DNA from: Chrysomallon squamiferum
Taxonomy: Eukaryota > Animalia > Mollusca
Length of the DNA stretch: 64,000 nt
Assembly: GCA_012295275.1 (NCBI GenBank)
Contig: CM022678.1
Span: forward strand, 18,352,001 to 18,416,000
Reading direction: 5' to 3'
Each line of letters begins with the position of its first letter. Position 1 is the stretch's first letter. The notes beneath the pieces were generated by a model. The model made no database searches, was not told the DNA's origin, and saw nothing but the letters and a program-made list of their open reading frames with translations. A program made the translations under genes and the position numbers. Positions 28,063 to 41,957 of this stretch are shown here, piece after piece.

Positions 28063-30113
28063 GAGAGTGAGTTTTTAAAGTTTATTTCTTACCGTAAATG
28101 AAAACAGTACAGGCCCAGGCTGTTAATAAGTTGAACGAGAAAAAATCCTTCATTTCCTTCTGTCTTTGCTTGTTGTCAACGTGAATAAAACTCCACTGAC
28201 TAAATTTTTATTTTAAACTGTATTTCAGTGACAATTGAATAATAAAATACTGAAACGATTCAGGTCACTGGCTCAAACGACGATTTTGTGATGTAGGAAA
28301 ATGTAAATAAGCTTTTTAAATTTATTATGCTCTTATTATTATATACAACTGGGAGAACAGAATTACAAAGTTCACGCTTTCGTTGACGAAACGGTCTGCT
28401 ATTTGTCAGAAAGGACTTAGTAAATCAATATACGAAGCAAAATAAAACAATAACAAAATTTCAAATATTCATGAATATTTCTTTGATTGAATGAGTAGCC
28501 GAAGATTTAGTTACTATTTTCGCAGATAGCACGGTTCCCTGATGTTTTGTTGGATCAAAAAATCACTAGACAGCTAATACAATGTTTCATTTCTTTACAA
28601 CACACTTCAACAAGAAGCCATGAATATTTGAAATGTTTTATTATCTAATCTACTTTCTCTATTGATTTCGCCCATCCCTTTTATGACCGTTTTTTTTTTT
28701 TTTTTTTTTTGTCTGTGTCAGGAATTTTATTATTATTATTATTTTTATTATCATTTTTTTTTTGGTTATAATTATTAACCACAGCAACGGGTTTCATTTC
28801 TTGTTATCACTATGGAGAAAGAGAATAAAAAAGAAACCTACCAACAAACGAAGAGAAAGATAAGAAAAACAAACAAACAAATAATAATAATAATAATAAT
28901 AATAAATTAAACGAAAGAAAGAAAGAAAGAAAAAAACCCGTTCTGTTTAAAATGTATTGCATGCGTTGTTCAGGAAACTATTTCCTTCTGCTACAAATCT
29001 TTAAGCTTAATAATGTAAGCGTTGGCTTCAGGCGTTAGTAGTGTAGAGATCAGTGCTTATCAGGGTTTCCTCTTATGTTACATTACTATGTCTGTCCTAC
29101 GACTAGTTATAAAAAGTCGTGTGTTTTAGGTTTCCCTGCTCATAGTGAAAAATACAAAGTAAAAATACCCGGTCTGAAATGCAGTCAAAGGTGAAGGAAA
29201 AATTAAATAAATTAATCATTATCTTCATCATCATCATTACCATCGTCATTATCATATTATCATCATCATCATCATTATCATTATCATCATCATCGTTACT
29301 ACTCTATTTCTATAGCATTATTCTTACTTAATTTTATTTTCGTAAAAAGTTCCTTCATCTATTTTTTTTCTTTTTTTTATACTTTCCCTACTCATTTTTC
29401 TTCTTCTTCTTCTTCTTTTTTTAATTCTGCTGATCATTTAATCGCTTTCTCTTCGCCTTTATTTATTCTTCATCTAAGGTGTCCACCCACTAATAATCTG
29501 TAAAACAGGTACAACGTAATTTACACAAATAACGTATTGTTTCGAAACTCTACGTATTATCGATGGTGACATTTTACCGTGGCAATGCTAGTGAAGAGAT
29601 TTGTTATTTTCCCTTATCGAGTAGCGGTCACTGGCCTCGTGTTGCGAGAGCAGATTCAGGTATCAAGAAACTTAAACCAAAGTAAACCATTCGAGACAAA
29701 CTACTTGGCCATTTCGCACGTTCTCGATGTGTTGTTTTGTATGTTTTCCAATCAGCGGAGACGAGATAAGTGAAAGAAGTATTTTGTGAAATATTTAAAA
29801 AGAGCAGATAGCAGAATGAACAACAACAACAAGAGAGAGAGAGAGAGAGAGAGAGCATATAAACATTATAAAATTAGGTTAGAAAATTCTGTGGATTGTT
29901 TTGAAACTGTCACTCGTAATTTATGAAATGACAAGAGAAAAATATGACAAAGTAAAACAATGCCTCGCATAGCTTCGTGATCCGTGGAATGTCATATTTA
30001 CATTTTGTGTAACATTTATCACGTTTCAACCTAGAAAAAACACCATCAAATACAGACCAGAAACAACGGTTCAGAAAAAAAGAAAAGAAAAAAGAAAAGA
30101 GAAGAACCATCTA

Positions 30114-30234
<121 letters not shown>

Positions 30235-31103
30235 TATATATATACATACATATACACAAAACAGAAACACAGACGTACACACACTCACACACACACATGT
30301 ATGTACATACACCTGACACATATACATACACACATACACAGATACAAATATATGAACACAACACAGGCATAAATTACTGACACAGATACCCACATGCGCA
30401 CACACACACACACACACAGACAAACCTTTACAGAAAAAGATAAACCATTTCCGTCATTTCGATTCCCATTTACTTTGTAACAACAAACACTGGAAGCTAC
30501 ATTTCCTTGATTCCAGACTTCCCCTTCCCCTTCCCTCTACCCCCGGGCTACTGAAAAGCATGCCAAACTATCAGTCAGAAACCAGGACACGTGGGCGTCA
30601 ATGTGCATGTTGTTGTATAACATCGTGGCCTACGGCAATGTCGTTATGCTTCGTTTACGACGTCTTTCTTTTTTTTTTTTTGTCTCACTTGTTCATTCCA
30701 CAAATAAAAGCAATTGAACCGGGATAATTTTTATTCAGTACATTCTGTTGACATCATTGCTTTGTACATGTATTATTTAACCTTGATATCATATGGCTCG
30801 AATGTTTTTTTGTACTATACAAAAATAAACGTTTTATTTATTTATTTGTTTATCAGTAAAATCGATAATTCCTTTGTGCCATCTAACAACTGGTTTTGTA
30901 TAACAATGAAGACTGAAATTAAAACTCGAAAATGAAAATTATATCATGAATGTTTTCTGTATGTGCAGTTACTGTATGTGTGTGCATCTGGGTGTGTCTG
31001 TATGTTTGTCTGTGAATGTAAGTCTATCTGTCTGAAGTTTTGTATTCATGTAAATATATATGTATGTATGCATGTATGTAGGTATGTGTGTATGTGTAAT
31101 AAC

Positions 31104-31189
<86 letters not shown>

Positions 31190-32082
31190 GTGTGTATATA
31201 TATAGTTATTTCACTTTATTTTATTTTATTATGTACATATATACACGTATACATAGATAGACGCATATTTACGTCTGTATACATATATATATATTAGTGT
31301 TTGTGTATACGTAAATTTGCGTCTATCTATGTATATGTGTATGTACGTACATAATAAAATAAAATAAAGTGAAATAAGTAAGTAAATAATTAGAAAATAA
31401 AATAGACATAAATATAAAAATCATAAATCCTTAAGAAGGAAAACAAAATAAAGACAAAAAAATAAAAAAAAAAAAAAAAAAAATAAATAAATAAAGAAAT
31501 AAAGAAAAATAAAGAAAAAAGAAAAAAGAATGAGATGAAGAAGGAAAAAAGAAAGGAATGGTAAGGTAATAAAATTTTTTTTTTTTTTTTAGAAAATGGT
31601 TCGGGTTGTGCCGGATATATCTTTCGTTGCTGTCGGGTTCATGCACACCTAACTGAACCAATCCCTTGAAATACTTCACTGAAATAGATTGACACAGTCC
31701 GTTTTGGCGATCTACGTTATTATTAATTACTGGCATAATACTTAAGAAGATCTGTCTACAAGCAGATCACTTTTTGACCGCAGACGTGAAAGGAAAAAGA
31801 CTCCAGGGCTGAAAGAACCACGCCGATTGGTTGAAGAACGCTGTGACGTCACGAGCTCAGCAGACGAGAGTTTCGCGTCAGCGGGTTCAATCGTGTGTCT
31901 CTCAGAAGTATTGATGCCTTTTGGCGCTTCCTTCTTTTTCTTTGTCGTGTGTTACAGTCTTGACGTCATGGTTATAAATAACTGAAGTCTTTTGAAGTTC
32001 TCTTTTATTTTATTTTTTATTTCTGATTTGCGTGATTCCGTATTTCTTTTTTCACAGCGAGTATATTTGAGAACTAGAGTAC

Positions 32083-32158
<76 letters not shown>

Positions 32159-35100
32159 TAAATACAAACAAGATACTAAATTAAATTAAATTAATGAAAT
32201 TAAAAATAAAACACGAGTACAGGAAATACTTTCAGCCGCAGGAATTAGAATAATCCCAGCTAACTTGAAAGTGAAGGCGGTTTCTAAAAATAGACTCATT
32301 AACAAAATGACTTACCGTTTAATTGCTGATGTCATACTGACTTCACATAAATATATACATACTGCTAGCAACAACAGCTACTACTTTACTCCTACTAGTG
32401 CTAGTACCATCACTAGTACGAGTCTACTACTACTACTACTACAACTGCTACTACTATTAGAACGTCTCTGCTACCACCTCTACTGCCACGATTGCAATAA
32501 CAACGGCTACTACTACTGCAGTTACAAAACGCACAACATCAACTACTGTTACTTCTTACATTATTATTACTGCTACTGTTAAAGTGACGGATATAACTAC
32601 AACAACTACTACTACTGCAACATTGACTACAACGGCATAACCATTAAAATAGCAACACCATAACGACAGCAGATGAACAACAACAGCGATGCCTGTTATC
32701 TACATTGAAAACGACCGCTTTAACTACTACAACAACGTCAACAACAGCTACCTTTGCTGCTAACTTAACAACTAATAATACCGTCATCACTACACAGTGA
32801 TAGCGACAACACCTACGATTGTTCTATTACTACAACCATGTCGACAGTAAAACTATTCCCTTTAAGAAAACTGTCTTTCTGTAAACTGCTGATGTCATTG
32901 TTGACTCTATTCTGTCGCAGTTTTCAGAACCGCTAATTCATCTGTCGACATTTTAGAAATTGCTGCGCGATCTAAAAATAAATAGGTGAGGTGGAAAAAG
33001 ATGTGGGAGTGAAAGAAAATATCAAGAAAACAAAATAAAAACAAAAACGAAACAAAACAAATACCAGTACTAACAATAAGAAGAACAAAACTTAGCAAAA
33101 ATAATATAAAATTTGTAAAAATATTTATAATGATTATTATAATAGTAGCAATAATAAAAATAAATAATAATGATAATAATTATGAAGTAATACAAATAAT
33201 GATAAAATGATAATGATGATGATGATGTTGATGATAATAATAATAATAATAATAATGATGATGATCATCTTTTTTCACTATCGCCCGAGAAAATTTAATT
33301 TTCTGTTCTCCTCTTTCTATTATTTGTTCTTTTCAGTTCCTTTTTTATCATTTTTCTCAAAAGTCTTTTTTTTTTCATTTATTTATTCATTCATTTCTTT
33401 TTTTCTTTCATTTGGCTGTGACAAATGCAAAATGCTATTTACTACGAACATTTCTACAGAGATAAATGGTTGTCTGTTAAATTGTCGTCTGCTACAAAAA
33501 AAAAAAATATAATAATAATAATAATGATAAATAAATTTAAAAAAAAGTAAAAAAATAAAAAATAAAATAAAAATTAAGTGCAAGAAAAAGAAAGAAAAAT
33601 AATAACAAGAAAGGAAACAGAACACACATATATATATATATATAAATAAATACGTTTAATGTAATTTACAAATAGATAAGCGAATACATGGACAAAATAG
33701 TTATACTCGATGCACTTGAATGCCAAAACGAGATGATTATCTGAAGGGAAACAACTCGTGCTTTACGGTGACGAGTTAACGAGTTATCTCCTTCCAGTCT
33801 GTTATCTCAGCACGTTGATAGCTAAAGTACTGTGGGTAGATCGGGCGTCATTCAGTGCAAGCGATCAGAGTAAGGTAGTTAGCATAAATGTGTTCAGTTG
33901 TATTGTGCAGTAAGCCTTCGTTAAGTGATGCAATGTGACGTGATGCAATGTGTAAATTGTCTTTATAAAGAATACCCAGTACGTATATAAATACATATAT
34001 TTAGTATTTCTTAATTAAGGTAGATCATTTTGACCTAGTCGTTTTAAAATTACCTTGCAAGCTGTAAAAGTGTATTCATACATACATGCATATATACATA
34101 CATACATACATACACACATTCATATGTACATATATACATACACACACACATACATAGATACATATGCATATACAAACACTGTTGTTGTAAAGGGTATCAT
34201 CGCCCTTTCGTCATTAACACATTTATTTTAAAAATCATCTAATATATTTACCCCAAAGTAAAGTGACAAATAATCAAGTAAAACAAACAACACATTAACT
34301 TTAGTAGTTGCTGTAGTAGTAGTAGTAGTAGTAGTGGTAGTAGTAGTAGTAATGATAATGACGATAATCTTTAAGAACAGCAGGAATTACAAAAGCTCGA
34401 GTAAATAAATAAATAAATAAATAAACAAGCAAGCAAACAAACAGTCAAATAAATAAAAATAGAAAAACAAATCATAAAAAACAATAATAATAAGGAAAAA
34501 CAATAATAATAATATTAATGAAAAAAAAAGAGTTCGATCACAGTCATTATATTATTAAAGTAATCTTAATACAACCTTTGTCGTGGAAGGCATATAAACA
34601 ATTTCTCATCTACATTTCTTTCTAATTTTTTCTTTTCATTATGCTCTGATACGCCTCGCTGAAAACTTGCACCGTCTTGGTCACTGGTTTTCAACCTTTT
34701 TCATACCGCGACCCCTTAAGAGTAACTCAATATGACCGAGGACCCTTTAAACATTTTGATTGAATAATATCTAGAGTTACAATATTTTCATCAATCAAAG
34801 ACAGTACAAAAGGAACCTATATTCAATATGACGGGTCCCAGACCTATCTGTACGTTTTTGTTTATCCCTCCTTCCAAGTCAAACTGGAATTAGTTAAAAC
34901 ACACCCTCGCTCAGGAATGATCTCTCGACCCTATGTGGTCTAGGTGTTATGAAATACACCTAACAATAGCATTAATATCTTTTGTTGTTATCGTTTAACT
35001 TGACTTAATAATAACAATAACAATAATAATGATGATGATGATGAAGATGATGATAATAATAAGGATGATGATGATGATGATAATAATATCTACAACAACA

Positions 35101-36287
35101 AAACAACAAATAAATAAAAGAGAAAAGAGAAGAAAGAAATAAATGTCTTACAGTTTGGTAATAGTAACAATGACGTTAATGCTTGTAGTGGTAATAGCAC
35201 AAATAACAATAGCTGTTGTTCTAGTGGTAGTAGTAGTAATAGTAGCAGTAGAAGCAGAACATGTAATTGTAGATGAAGTAGCAGTATAATAGTAGTAGCA
35301 ATGAATGTTGTAGAAGTTGTAATAGTGGCAGTAGTTATTATAATAGAAATATTTGCGGTAATAGTAATAATAATTGTAATAGTTGTAGAGTAAAAAAATT
35401 GCATGGTAGAGAGTTTAAAAGTAATATTAATTGCTTAAGTTATTGGACTACTTGGAGTAACATAATAATATTTACAATAATAATAGTACATCTGTTAGTA
35501 GTGCTAGTAGTAATACAAGTAATATTAACAAACTGAATATAGTGTTAGTAGAAGCAGTAAAAATATTAATGTTAACAGTAGTAATAATAATTAAAATGGT
35601 AATATACGAAATAATACAAGTAGTAGTAGTATTTGTTACATTATAGTAACAGTTGTAATAAAAATAGTGTCATACAGATTTACTTTGTGTTTTAAGTAAA
35701 GGTTCAGCCTGCATTCAGAAATCGGTCCCACGTTTGCCGAATTGTGGCAGCTGTAAAACTAAAAAAAAATATTAGCATCAGCAGTTGCGATGTGATAGTG
35801 ATAACAGCAGTAGCTTTTGGTATGTTGTCATACGATCTGCAGTGGTAGTGCAATAGTACAAAAGTGACGTAGATAAAGTAGCTGCATTGATATTAGTATT
35901 AAAGTTATTAGCTGTTGTGCTAATGCAAGTATTCCTAGCTGCATTTCCGAGTTCATTTAACCACAAAAGATGTTTGCTATAAACAGGCAGCAATTAAAAA
36001 CATCGTCGATATTTTCATCACAGATTTAAGTGATACTGTACGAGTACAATCCAGAAACAGGCTTCTCTAAACGCGTTCAAAAAATTGGTCAGTTATACTG
36101 AAATCTTTAGCGTTTAGATCAATTGTGTTTAAACGTAAGATCAGACAGTCTGGTAAATGACGTAAAACAGTAAACATCAAAATTCATTGTAATGACACAA
36201 GAGAGTTACGTAAGTCTGCCTGTAACGTCACCGATATACTTTTCTGACGTCATTTCATAGAAAGATTGGAAACAGTTTTTAGTGAAG

Positions 36288-36685
36288 TTAACACTGAGTG
36301 TTTTCAAGTAAGGGTTTTCGTTGATAAAAGACCCAAGGCTGCAGCTGTGTTGACGTTGGAACGGGAAAAGACACAAGATGACATTGTTGTGTTGTGTTTA
36401 AGTAATTGAATCCAAAACAAGTAGGACTGCCGTTACACATCAGTGAACACTGCTGTTTTGTAAATCTTCCTTCTATCTGAGCAGACGGCGAAAACATCAG
36501 TCCAAAGTTTCCGTGAAAAGTAGAAGCTGAGCAGGAAGAATAAAAGTACAAAATAATTAAACAAGAACAGCAAAAAACAGATAAAACAACATAAAACAGC
36601 AATAAAACCAAAAACAATAAAATCAAATAAAAAATTAAATTATACTAAACAACAACAAAGAGACAATTAAAAAGACGAAAAACAA

Positions 36686-36724
<39 letters not shown>

Positions 36725-37759
36725 TAAGAAACAACCAAAAAAAATAAAATAAAATAAAAAATAAAAAATAAAAAAAAGAGAAAGAAACAACAAAAACATA
36801 CAGACACGAAACAAAATAATGATCTATATACTAATTAAACAAACAAACAAACAAACGGAAACAAATAAATTAATTACAAAAAATGTATATGAAATAATAA
36901 TAAAATAAAACACTATCATACACGCACAAGCACAAATATAAAATAAAATAAAAATAGGTAATTAAACAAAAACACCAGTAAAATAAGATAATACATTATA
37001 TTATAAAAATAACAAGCAAACAAAACAATTAAATCTTCTGAGTTATAAAAGCCTTTTCTTTTCTTTTTATATTTTAGTCTTTAAATAATAAAACTCACCA
37101 GAATATTTGGCGTCACAACCAAACACCATCACTTCACAAAGCGTTAGAACACCTTGAGGAAGAAATATTTTTACGTATCTCGCAGGTGTTACGTTGTCGC
37201 AGTGAAGAGAGATTGTCTCCCCGTTTGCCACTGGTTCAGTGTAAGTGATACACACACTGGGGGCGCTGTTTTCAACGTACGTGAATATAGTGAAGTTTCG
37301 TAATCTGTCGCCTGATGTAAGGTAGAAGACATAAAATAAAATAAATAAATATTCAAATAATAAATAAATAAAAAACTAAATAAATAAATTGATAAAACGA
37401 ATACTGCTACTACTGGTGCTGTGACCGAAATAATAGGCATTTATTCTCAAACTATGTTATTTGATTTTCATACTGTATTATTAGGAAAAAACTATGAAAA
37501 TCTCTAAATCAAGTGTTTATTTATTTTATGTTTAAACTTTCTGGTGACTGTCAGCCTCAGTTAGAAGCACATAACACTAAGTATGTTGGATGTTTCTTCA
37601 TAATTGATATTTGTACTTTAACACTTTAATAGTAGCAAAGGTTGAGGTTCAGTTACAAAATTGATTTACTCGTTTTATACACATACACACACAAACAATA
37701 TATATATATATATATATATAAATAAGAAGAAAAAAATAATAACAATAATTCATACGTTT

Positions 37760-37802
<43 letters not shown>

Positions 37803-38609
37803 TAATAATAATAATAATAAAAAGAAACTTTATTGTTAGTAAAGACTTACCACAGCAGTCTCCACGGTTGACAATAGAAATCGTCTGAATGAAATAAAAC
37901 CCGAGCAAGTCTACCTCCCACCATTGGTTGTGAGAGTAGCGTGTGTGGGTACATGACCAGGACATATAATTTGGATTTGTGATGCCGTCCACGGCGTATT
38001 CAGACAAAGCAAGAAAGTTTCGATAATAAAACGACGACGACTGTTGTGTTGGTTTTCTTAAAGCCAGATTAGTCGATCCAAAAGCTAAAGAAATCAAACA
38101 AACAAACCAAAAAATAAAAATACAATTTTAAATAATAAAAAGATAAACAATAAATAAAATAAAAATGCGTAAATTGGTTTTTAATGTTTTTTTGAAAAGT
38201 AAGAAAAGGATAATAAAATAAAATAAATAAAAAATAAAAATAAAATGAAATATAAGAAAACATAAATGAATAAGTAAATAAATGAATGAATAAAAGTAGA
38301 AAAAATAACAAAAAAGAAAAAAGAAAGAACAGTAATTAGTAATTAAATATAATTATGTAACAGAAAAAATAAAATATAAATAAAAACAGAATAAATTAGA
38401 AGTAGCATTAATAATTAATAATATAGACAACAGTAGTAGCTGTGGAAGTAGTAATAGTAATATTAGTAATATTAGTAGTAGTAACTGTAAAACAGTCTAG
38501 GAAGTGGTAGTATTATAGTATTAGTATTAGTGATAATTACAATAATGGTAGTAGTAGTAGTAGTAGCAGCAGCAGAAGCAGTTGTAGTATTAAGTGTATC
38601 AGTGTCGGT

Positions 38610-38704
<95 letters not shown>

Positions 38705-38783
38705 TTCAAGGTTTATTTTTACCGTAAATGAAGAAAGTACAGGCCCAGGCTGTTAACAATTTGAACGAGAAAAAATCCTTCAT
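36288..38783 (-). CDS. Secreted F-type lectin (fucolectin) + PAN/Apple domain protein, copy A2, 248 aa, intact
   Basis: Exons 38723-38783 (MKDFFSFKLLTAWACTFFIY, signal peptide), 37851-38084 (NLALRKPTQQSS..AVDG..CTHT..WWEVDL..NRGDCC), 37099-37311 (GDRLRNF..ARYVKI..LTLCEVMVFG), 36288-36526 (PAN: CSLMCNGSPTCFGFNY..CHL..WVFY). GT-AG introns, all phase 1. Confidence 0.92.
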
Positions 38784-41700
38784 TTCCTTCTGTCTTTGCT
38801 TGTTGTCAACGTGAATAAAACTCCACTGACTAAATTTTTATTTTAAACTGTATTTCAGTGACAACTGAATAATTAAATACTGAAACGATTCAGATCACTG
38901 GCTCATACGACGATTTTGTTGTAGGAAAATGTAAATAAGCTTATAAATTTATTATGCTCTTATTATTATATACAACTGGGAGAACAGAATTACGAAATTC
39001 ACCCTTTCCTTCACAGAATATTTGTCAGAAGGGATTCGGAAATCAATATACAACCTAAAATAAAAGAACAAATAAAAGATTGAGTTATCAGCCGAAGATT
39101 CAGTTACTATTTTCGCAGATAGCACGGTTACCTGATGTTTTGTTGGATCAAAAAATCACTAGACTACTATTACAATGCTTGATTTGTTTATAACACAGCT
39201 GAGCAAGAAGTCATGAATATTTGAAATGTTTTTTTTAATCCAATGTACTTTCTCTATTGATTTTGGCTATCTCTTTTATATTAAAACTACGCAACAGCAA
39301 CATTAATCAGATACGTAGCGATTTACTGAGACCAGCATAACCACCTACCTAGTTTCCCAGCATGTTTTTGCTATTTGACAAAATAATATATGCGTATTTT
39401 TCTTTCATCTCTGAATGTCTGATGTTTTCAAACAGTGGAGAATGAAACGGCAAACGCAAGGAGGCAATGGAACCGTGAATTAAAATATTTTATTTAGAAT
39501 TAAGGATAGTCCACTCTGATAAATGAAACAGGTAAAACCTACTACTTTATTTGTTGGACTGTTCTGTCCAAGAGCACAAAAATATGTTTTTTAAGAATCA
39601 TCTATTAAACAGCCTGTTATATAACACAGCGTGAAAAATCTCAATGGATTCCTGAAATAATAATTACTCCATATTAAGCTGCTTTTCTATTATCCCTAAA
39701 CAACAAAACAAAGACGATATTCATGTCAATACTAAAATTTATTTCGTATTCAAAATAGATGAAACATTCTTTTACTTCACGGAATTTTCTCTTTTTATAA
39801 AGTAGTAATAACATATTATACAAATAACAGTTACTGATATAAAAAGACTGCATATTATGAAATTAATGAACATGTTCTGTACTCACGTTCTGTAATCAAA
39901 TAAAATAAAGTAAGTAAATAAATATCAAAATAGAAATTATAATAATAATAAAAAGAAAGAAGTCATGATGAATAAAATTATTATGATAAACCTTTTTCTT
40001 TTTCTTGTTATTTCTTTATGTGTTATAATTATTTTCTTTAACTTATATTTCGTCGTCATCATCAACATTATTAATATGATCTTTATTTTGTCGTTCTGAA
40101 AGTCAGTAAATTGTGAAATAACGATTATGACAAAAATATGAATCAAGTTATATTTATGACGTCATACTTTGCAATGGTAGAACCATAATTTTAAATGCTT
40201 CGTTGATGAACAGATCATATATAACTAGTCAACACATGCACATACACACACACACAGAAAGAACAAATCAAGCCTTGAGACTTCGGATAAACTTCAGTAA
40301 CAGAATCAAGAGTGGCAAGTGACGTACAATGTTTATGACGTCATACATTATAACAGTCAGAATCCTAGGTCAACTAGGAAAGAGACACACAGAACACAAG
40401 ACATACTAACGTGTTTGAACTGTATAACAGGTCTCGTACGATGTTTATGTCGTCGCATATTACAAAATACGGATGTTCTAAATAGATAAATAAGAGGCAG
40501 AATTATATTCTAAACGTGTTTAAAAGCGAAAACATCTGACTATTTTAGAAACCTCCACAATTAAAAAGATATATAAAACTACAGATTCAATGACGAGAAA
40601 TGTTAACAGAACAAGGAAAATAAAACGGTAGCAAGGTCGCAGAGCCAAAAAAAACAAACAAAGAACAATAATAAAAAAAGAAAAAAGAAAAAACAGAAAC
40701 AACAACACTAAAACCAAAAAACAACACAAAACATCAGGCATGGAGAGAGAAAACAATATTTATTATTATTATTATACAACTGTATTTTTTAAAACACAGA
40801 AATAAATAAGATTGAGATTACCTAATTTGATCACTCGTATTTGGATTCTTGAATAGAAACGAAACAGATATACTTCGAGTCAGACAATGAAGTAAACCTT
40901 TTAGAAGGTAACTAATGAAAATAATGACTGTATAGATTAACAAAGCATGCCCAAGATATTGAAAATATATAGAAAATATAACTGTTAACCTTATTCAAAA
41001 ATTACAAAACCATTAAACATTTCAACACCATTAAACATTTGAACACCATAACGACAGGAGATAAACAGCAACAACAATACCTGTTATCTACACTGTAAAT
41101 AATAATTACTACTTCTACAACTACTACAACAACTTCAATAACAACTACTGGTGCTGCTGATAACTTAACAACAACTAATAATACCGCCATCTCTACATAT
41201 TATAGAGACAAACATTGACAACAACTACAGTTGTTGCTACTACTACTACTACAACCATGTCGACAGTAAAACTATTCTCTTTAAGAAAAATGTCTTTCTG
41301 TAAAGTGCTGATGTCATTGTTGACTCTATTCTGTCGCAGTTTTCAGAACCGCTAATTCATCTGTCGACATTTTAGAAATTGCTGCGCGATCTAATAATAA
41401 ATAGGTGAGGTGGAAAAAAGATGTGGAGTAAAAGAAAATATTAAGAGAACAAAAACAAAAACAGAAACAAAACAAAACAAATAGCAGTACTAACAGTAAG
41501 AAGAACAAAACAAAGAACAGCAACAACAACAACAACAACAAAAAAAAAAAAAATAATAATAATAATAAATTTAATAAAAATAATTATTAGTTGTAGGGTT
41601 AATGTTTTTACTCTTAGCTGCATTTCCGAGTTCATTTAACCACAAAAGACGTTTGCTATAATCAGGCAGCAATTAAAACCATCTTCGATATTTTCATCAC

Positions 41701-41957
41701 AGATTTACGTGATGCTGTACGAGTATAATCCAGAAACACGTTTTTCAACGCGTTCAAAAAAATTGGTCAGTTATTCTGAAATCTTTAGCGTTGAGATCAG
41801 TTGTGTTTAAAGGTAAGATCAGACAGTCTGGGTAAATGACGTAAAACAGTAAAGATCAAAATTCATTGTAATGATAGAAGAGAGTTACGTAACTCTGCAT
41901 ACAACGTCACCAATATACTTTTCTGACGTCATTTCATAGAAAGATCAGAAACAGTTT

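Noticed and set aside
35715-35750. LPQFGKR neuropeptide-like amidation/cleavage motif in phase 0 of the A-specific island
   Set aside because: Single short occurrence, wrong phase for the lectin donors, no precursor context
37858-37866. RGD tripeptide as an integrin-binding site
   Set aside because: It is the R-X-D of the canonical F-type fucose-binding motif
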